Source of the DNA: a virus
Lineage: Duplodnaviria > Caudoviricetes
Virus record (IMG/VR): IMGVR_UViG_3300022853_000046
Span: 1-38,153 of that record
Strand: one strand, 5' to 3'
DNA: 38,153 nt
Below, piece after piece: positions 34,620 through 38,153 of the stretch. Numbering within the stretch: position 1 is the stretch's first letter; every line of letters starts with the position of its first letter. The position numbers and the translations under genes are program-made. The notes under the pieces were generated by a model. The model saw only the letters and a program-made list of their open reading frames with translations. It did no database searches and was not told the DNA's origin.

Positions 34620-35806
34620 TGTTATTCTACAACACAGATATAGATCGTGAAAAATATTTCATAGCCACCTATGACATGGCCAGCAGTGCCAATCTCAAGG
34701 AGGCCGCGTGGGCACTTGCGATCGGTCAGAGCGTGGGCAATCCGAGTGTGCGTAATAGATGGGAGACAGACGAGCTGTTTGAAAACCACAGTTGTGTGAT
34801 AGTTGGAGAGAAAACAAAACTGGAAAAACAAACACAAGGACTTGTAAAGATTGCATTTCCTGTGGTCAACACAGATTGGGCAACAGACGGAATGGCTCAC
34901 ATGCTGTGCCAGCTGATGGGAGGACACATAGATATTGATATTATCACAAAATGCAGATTGGTAGGATTGGACCTACCTAGAACAGTGACCAAACATTTCC
35001 TTGGACCCAAGTTTGGTCTATCTGGAATAAGAGAATTTACAGGACAGCACGGCAAGCCTTTGCTCGGCGGTATAGTCAAACCCAAGATAGGGATAACTCC
35101 AACTATTTTATTGGAGATGGTCAAACAGATGGTGGACGGAGGAGTGGACTTTATCAAAGAAGACGAGATAATGGTCAACCCTGTGATCTGTCCATTAGAC
35201 CAACGTGTGGAACTGATCGCAAATTATCTGGCCAAACAGAGTCGTAAAATCGTGTTCTGTCACACTATCAACTGTGACCCACACGTGCTGACCGATCGTG
35301 TGAAGCGTGTTCACGAGCTGGGCGGCAACGGAGTACACATCAACGTGTTCAGTGGATATGGCGCTTACAACAGTATCAGGAAATTAGATCTACCATTGTT
35401 CCTGCATTACCAGAGCAGTGGTGCAAAAGTTACAACAGATGTGAATCACCGGTTCAGTATCAGTTGGCCAGTGATGTGTCAGCTAGCCACACTGATGGGT
35501 GTGGACACCATTCAAACCGGAATGGTAGGCGGCTACAGCAACGACAATCCTGAAGAGATACTAAAGTGTTTAGAAATACTGAGAGCCGGAAATACTGCAC
35601 CAGCACTGAGTTGCGGATTTAATCCAGGGCTAGTACAGAAGGTTAATAGTATAGCAGGCGTAGATTATCTAGCGAACGCTGGCGGAGCCATACACGGACA
35701 CCCAGGAGGCACAGTTGCAGGTGCTCGAGCAATGCGACAAGCAGTGGACAAGAATCACGGCATTGAATACGAGCAGGCTATTGCCAAATGGGGTTTCACA
35801 AAATGA
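34619..35806 (+). CDS. RuBisCO-like protein (RLP, form IV-type)
   Basis: Start at TAATG overlap 34619; GPKFG, KPLLGGIVKPKIG, GGVDFIKEDE, PALSCG, GGAIHGHPGG; several carboxylase-essential residues replaced. Confidence 0.9.
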   Translation: MLFYNTDIDREKYFIATYDMASSANLKEAAWALAIGQSVGNPSVRNRWETDELFENHSCVIVGEKTKLEKQTQGLVKIAFPVVNTDWATDGMAHMLCQLMGGHIDIDIITKCRLVGLDLPRTVTKHFLGPKFGLSGIREFTGQHGKPLLGGIVKPKIGITPTILLEMVKQMVDGGVDFIKEDEIMVNPVICPLDQRVELIANYLAKQSRKIVFCHTINCDPHVLTDRVKRVHELGGNGVHINVFSGYGAYNSIRKLDLPLFLHYQSSGAKVTTDVNHRFSISWPVMCQLATLMGVDTIQTGMVGGYSNDNPEEILKCLEILRAGNTAPALSCGFNPGLVQKVNSIAGVDYLANAGGAIHGHPGGTVAGARAMRQAVDKNHGIEYEQAIAKWGFTK

Positions 35807-36516
35807 TTCGTGCAGACGAAGTTGCTGTCTGCGTATCTGGTTTAGCCAGAGAAGGCTACAAAGAAGCAATAGAAAGAGCCAAAAAAGTTTTTCCATACGA
35901 TTTTTTTTATATGCAGTGGACAGGGTATCCGCCGCTTGATGTGACTGACTGTTATTTTTTTAATGAACCACAGTATGACTATCACAATCTACTAGATACA
36001 GAATACAAACCAGATTGTAAGATATGGAGAAGATACACAAAAACCGCAGATGGAAAAATATTTCGAAAACCCGGATTACTAGAAAAAACTAAAAATAATT
36101 CAAAACAAATTTTAGCTCATTATTGGTTAACAAATGCACTGCCTAAAAAATACAAAACCATAATAAAGTTGAGATACGATAGTTTATTATCGACCAAAAT
36201 TGATTTCACTCCATTAATAGAGAAAGCAGTTACGGGAACAGTGATCGGTATAGCCGGAAGTGCGCCGGGCAAAGATGTTGATTCTCCGTTACACACGCAC
36301 ACTTACAAAGATTGTGAAAAATGCACAGGGCCGTACCTGTGGGATCATATTATAATTCATCCTAGATACAAATTAAAAAATGTTGAAAAACTGTTTAAGG
36401 AAAAAAATTTAGTAGGAGCAGAATGGGGGTGGTATCAAATATTACACCACCAATGGGCAGATAACAATTATTTAAATGTCACAGGCGGTAATCTTCTAAT
36501 CGGACATCAAACATGA
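35803..36516 (+). CDS. Putative glycosyltransferase (AxCxSGxxR ... RxD type)
   Basis: Start at ATGA overlap 35803; VAVCVSGLAR, KQILAH, IIKLRYD, LWDH, GAE. Confidence 0.5.
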   Translation: MIRADEVAVCVSGLAREGYKEAIERAKKVFPYDFFYMQWTGYPPLDVTDCYFFNEPQYDYHNLLDTEYKPDCKIWRRYTKTADGKIFRKPGLLEKTKNNSKQILAHYWLTNALPKKYKTIIKLRYDSLLSTKIDFTPLIEKAVTGTVIGIAGSAPGKDVDSPLHTHTYKDCEKCTGPYLWDHIIIHPRYKLKNVEKLFKEKNLVGAEWGWYQILHHQWADNNYLNVTGGNLLIGHQT

Positions 36517-37154
36517 AAACAAAAGATTATCAAGGATGGAACATATTAGAAACTGAAAAAAACTTCTATAATAATTTTAATGAGTACAGTAAACTAGGTG
36601 AAATAATAGAAACACATGTCAAACAAAAAGACTGTGTTTTACAAGTTGGCGCTAATTATGGATTTGAGACTAAATTTCTCGCAGAAAAATTCAACACAGT
36701 ACATACTTTTGATTTTGATAATGATGTATCTACCTGTTTCACAGCAAATATAAAAAAACACAATATTGAAAATATTGTACAACATCTTTACGGATTAGGA
36801 AATACTGAACAACTAGTGGCTATTTCTAAAAACGAGAACTCTGTAGCAACACATATTGACCTATTAGGAAATGATAAAAAATATCAAATCAAAAGACTCG
36901 ACGATTTGAATGTTGAAAAGGTTGATATGATAATTATTGATACTGAAGGATATGAATACTTTGTGTTATCAGGGGGAGAACATACTATAAAAAAACACAT
37001 GCCTGTGATGATTGTCGAGTTCCATAAGCGAGAGTTGACAGAAAAATTTTTTAATTACGAAAGTAAAAAAACAGACAAATACTTAAAAAAACTAGGATAC
37101 AAATATATTTGTAACACAACTAAAAATGACAGACTATACGTTCCGGCAGACTAA
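36513..37154 (+). CDS. FkbM-family SAM-dependent methyltransferase
   Basis: QVGANYG, YGLGN, RLDDL, IDTEGYE..VLSG, PVMIVE, LGY. Confidence 0.8.
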   Translation: MKTKDYQGWNILETEKNFYNNFNEYSKLGEIIETHVKQKDCVLQVGANYGFETKFLAEKFNTVHTFDFDNDVSTCFTANIKKHNIENIVQHLYGLGNTEQLVAISKNENSVATHIDLLGNDKKYQIKRLDDLNVEKVDMIIIDTEGYEYFVLSGGEHTIKKHMPVMIVEFHKRELTEKFFNYESKKTDKYLKKLGYKYICNTTKNDRLYVPAD

Positions 37155-37886
37155 ATGAGAAATTGCATCGTTCAATATTTTATAGATCCGAGATTATATT
37201 CAGATCCCGAGTACAACAATCTCAGCAACGAGCAGGATAATTTTGCCAAACTCAGCGAGCAGAGTTTTAGAGCATATGCTGAAAGGTACAATTGTGACTA
37301 CCAATTAATAACCCAACCAAAATTAAAATATAGACATCCAACATTTGAAAGATTTGATCTGTGGCTGGATGCCACGTGGTGGGAACGTTATGATCAGATA
37401 CTGTATGTAGACTCAGATGTTTTTGCCATGCCCGGTGCACCGGATGTGTTTGCACAGTATAATAATATAGAAACTCTTAAAGTGTGCGAATCAAATAAAT
37501 TCCAAAATGCTTCTTGCCAAGAACACTACGACCAACTACAGCAAGGATTGGTTACCAACACCGACATTGAAATTATTAAGCAACGAGGATTCCAGCCTGG
37601 AGTGTTTATACTAAACAAGCACGTGGTTGAGAAAACTAAAAAGTGGATTGAACAATATCAAACGTTTGACACACACGACGGAGATATATTGTTGTGGGCA
37701 GTGTGTAACAGTGCTGTGGGGATTGAACGACTGAGCTGGAAGTTTAATTATAAAAGAGCTTACTTTAGCGACGCACCAAAAATATATTTTTTTCATGCCG
37801 CGGGCAGAAAAAAAACTGTGGATCATACAAAACAACGAATATTAAGTTTCCTTAAACGCAACGGTATCGAGCTATCTAACAAATAG
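37155..37886 (+). CDS. GT8-like glycosyltransferase
   Basis: YAERYNCDY, YDQILYVDSDVF (DxD), FQPGVFILN, KFN, FFHAAG. Confidence 0.72.
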   Translation: MRNCIVQYFIDPRLYSDPEYNNLSNEQDNFAKLSEQSFRAYAERYNCDYQLITQPKLKYRHPTFERFDLWLDATWWERYDQILYVDSDVFAMPGAPDVFAQYNNIETLKVCESNKFQNASCQEHYDQLQQGLVTNTDIEIIKQRGFQPGVFILNKHVVEKTKKWIEQYQTFDTHDGDILLWAVCNSAVGIERLSWKFNYKRAYFSDAPKIYFFHAAGRKKTVDHTKQRILSFLKRNGIELSNK

Positions 37887-38153
37887 ATAATCGTGTGGCT
37901 GTCCTAATTTGTAATAGACGTCAACACATTTATAACCAATGTTTTCTAATAAGTCTTTGGCCGTAAAATCTCCACGGTTTATTTCACATAATATAACTGG
38001 ATTATTTTTTTCTATAGTTTGCATGCCGCCTAGTATAACCTTGGGCTCGTATCCTTCCACATCCATCTTAATAAAGTCAATGCCTTCAAAGAGACCAAAA
38101 GAGTCTAGTGTATTAATTGGAACTTTCATTGTAGAGTTTCCGTGCGGCACATC
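37872..38153 (-). CDS. FkbM-family methyltransferase, C-terminal part (5'-truncated by window edge)
   Basis: TLDSF..IDFIKMDVEGYEPKVILG...PVILCE...IGY; convergent with the RLP operon. Confidence 0.8.
   Translation of the reverse strand, partial: DVPHGNSTMKVPINTLDSFGLFEGIDFIKMDVEGYEPKVILGGMQTIEKNNPVILCEINRGDFTAKDLLENIGYKCVDVYYKLGQPHDYLFVR

Noticed and set aside
19907-35802. Extended ORF-track starts at 19907, 20704, 22028, 26581, 33003, 34556 and 35788
   Set aside because: Downstream starts (19934, 20806, 22076, 26695, 33039, 34619, 35803) fit stop/start overlaps, SD or promoter position and family N-termini better.
34619-35806. Bona fide CO2-fixing RuBisCO (rbcL/cbbM) as an auxiliary metabolic gene
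   Set aside because: E60, N123, H294, R295, H327 and K334 equivalents appear substituted and the motif is KEDE; no small subunit or phosphoribulokinase is nearby.
37-37835. Many short antisense or alternate-frame ORFs in the track (e.g. 8174..8551, 24676..25212, 28986..29441, 33603..33992)
   Set aside because: They are shadows of well-supported genes, with no recognisable motifs or expression signals.

Overview
AT-rich, gene-dense 38 kb segment of a large T4-like (myovirus-type, probably jumbo) dsDNA phage genome. No tRNA, rRNA, CRISPR array or transposase was seen. Order of modules: (1) late/virion genes (tail tube, tube-like baseplate protein, gp4-like head-completion nuclease, probable small and clear large terminase, acidic head proteins); (2) gp32 SSB, UvsX/RecA, UvsY and a HAD nucleotidase; (3) a glycan island (GT-A enzymes, SDR epimerase, four paralogous KpsS-like GT-B proteins, a truncated asnB, a Maf/DUF115-like protein); (4) UvsW, a gp62-like protein, a 188-aa miniature DnaE, primase, radical SAM, DnaB-type helicase, ThyX and a 7Fe ferredoxin; (5) after a short AGCG-repeat array, a six-gene translationally coupled operon: GDPD-like phosphodiesterase, sugar nucleotidyltransferase, RuBisCO-like protein (form IV-type), putative glycosyltransferase, FkbM methyltransferase and GT8-like enzyme. 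The best candidate for an undescribed system is this RuBisCO-like protein placed in a late-promoter-driven nucleotide-sugar/glycosylation operon. A TAAATA motif 4-10 nt before many start codons points to near-leaderless late transcripts and links much of the glycan machinery to the virion programme. All assignments are by-eye motif recognition; no searches were run.
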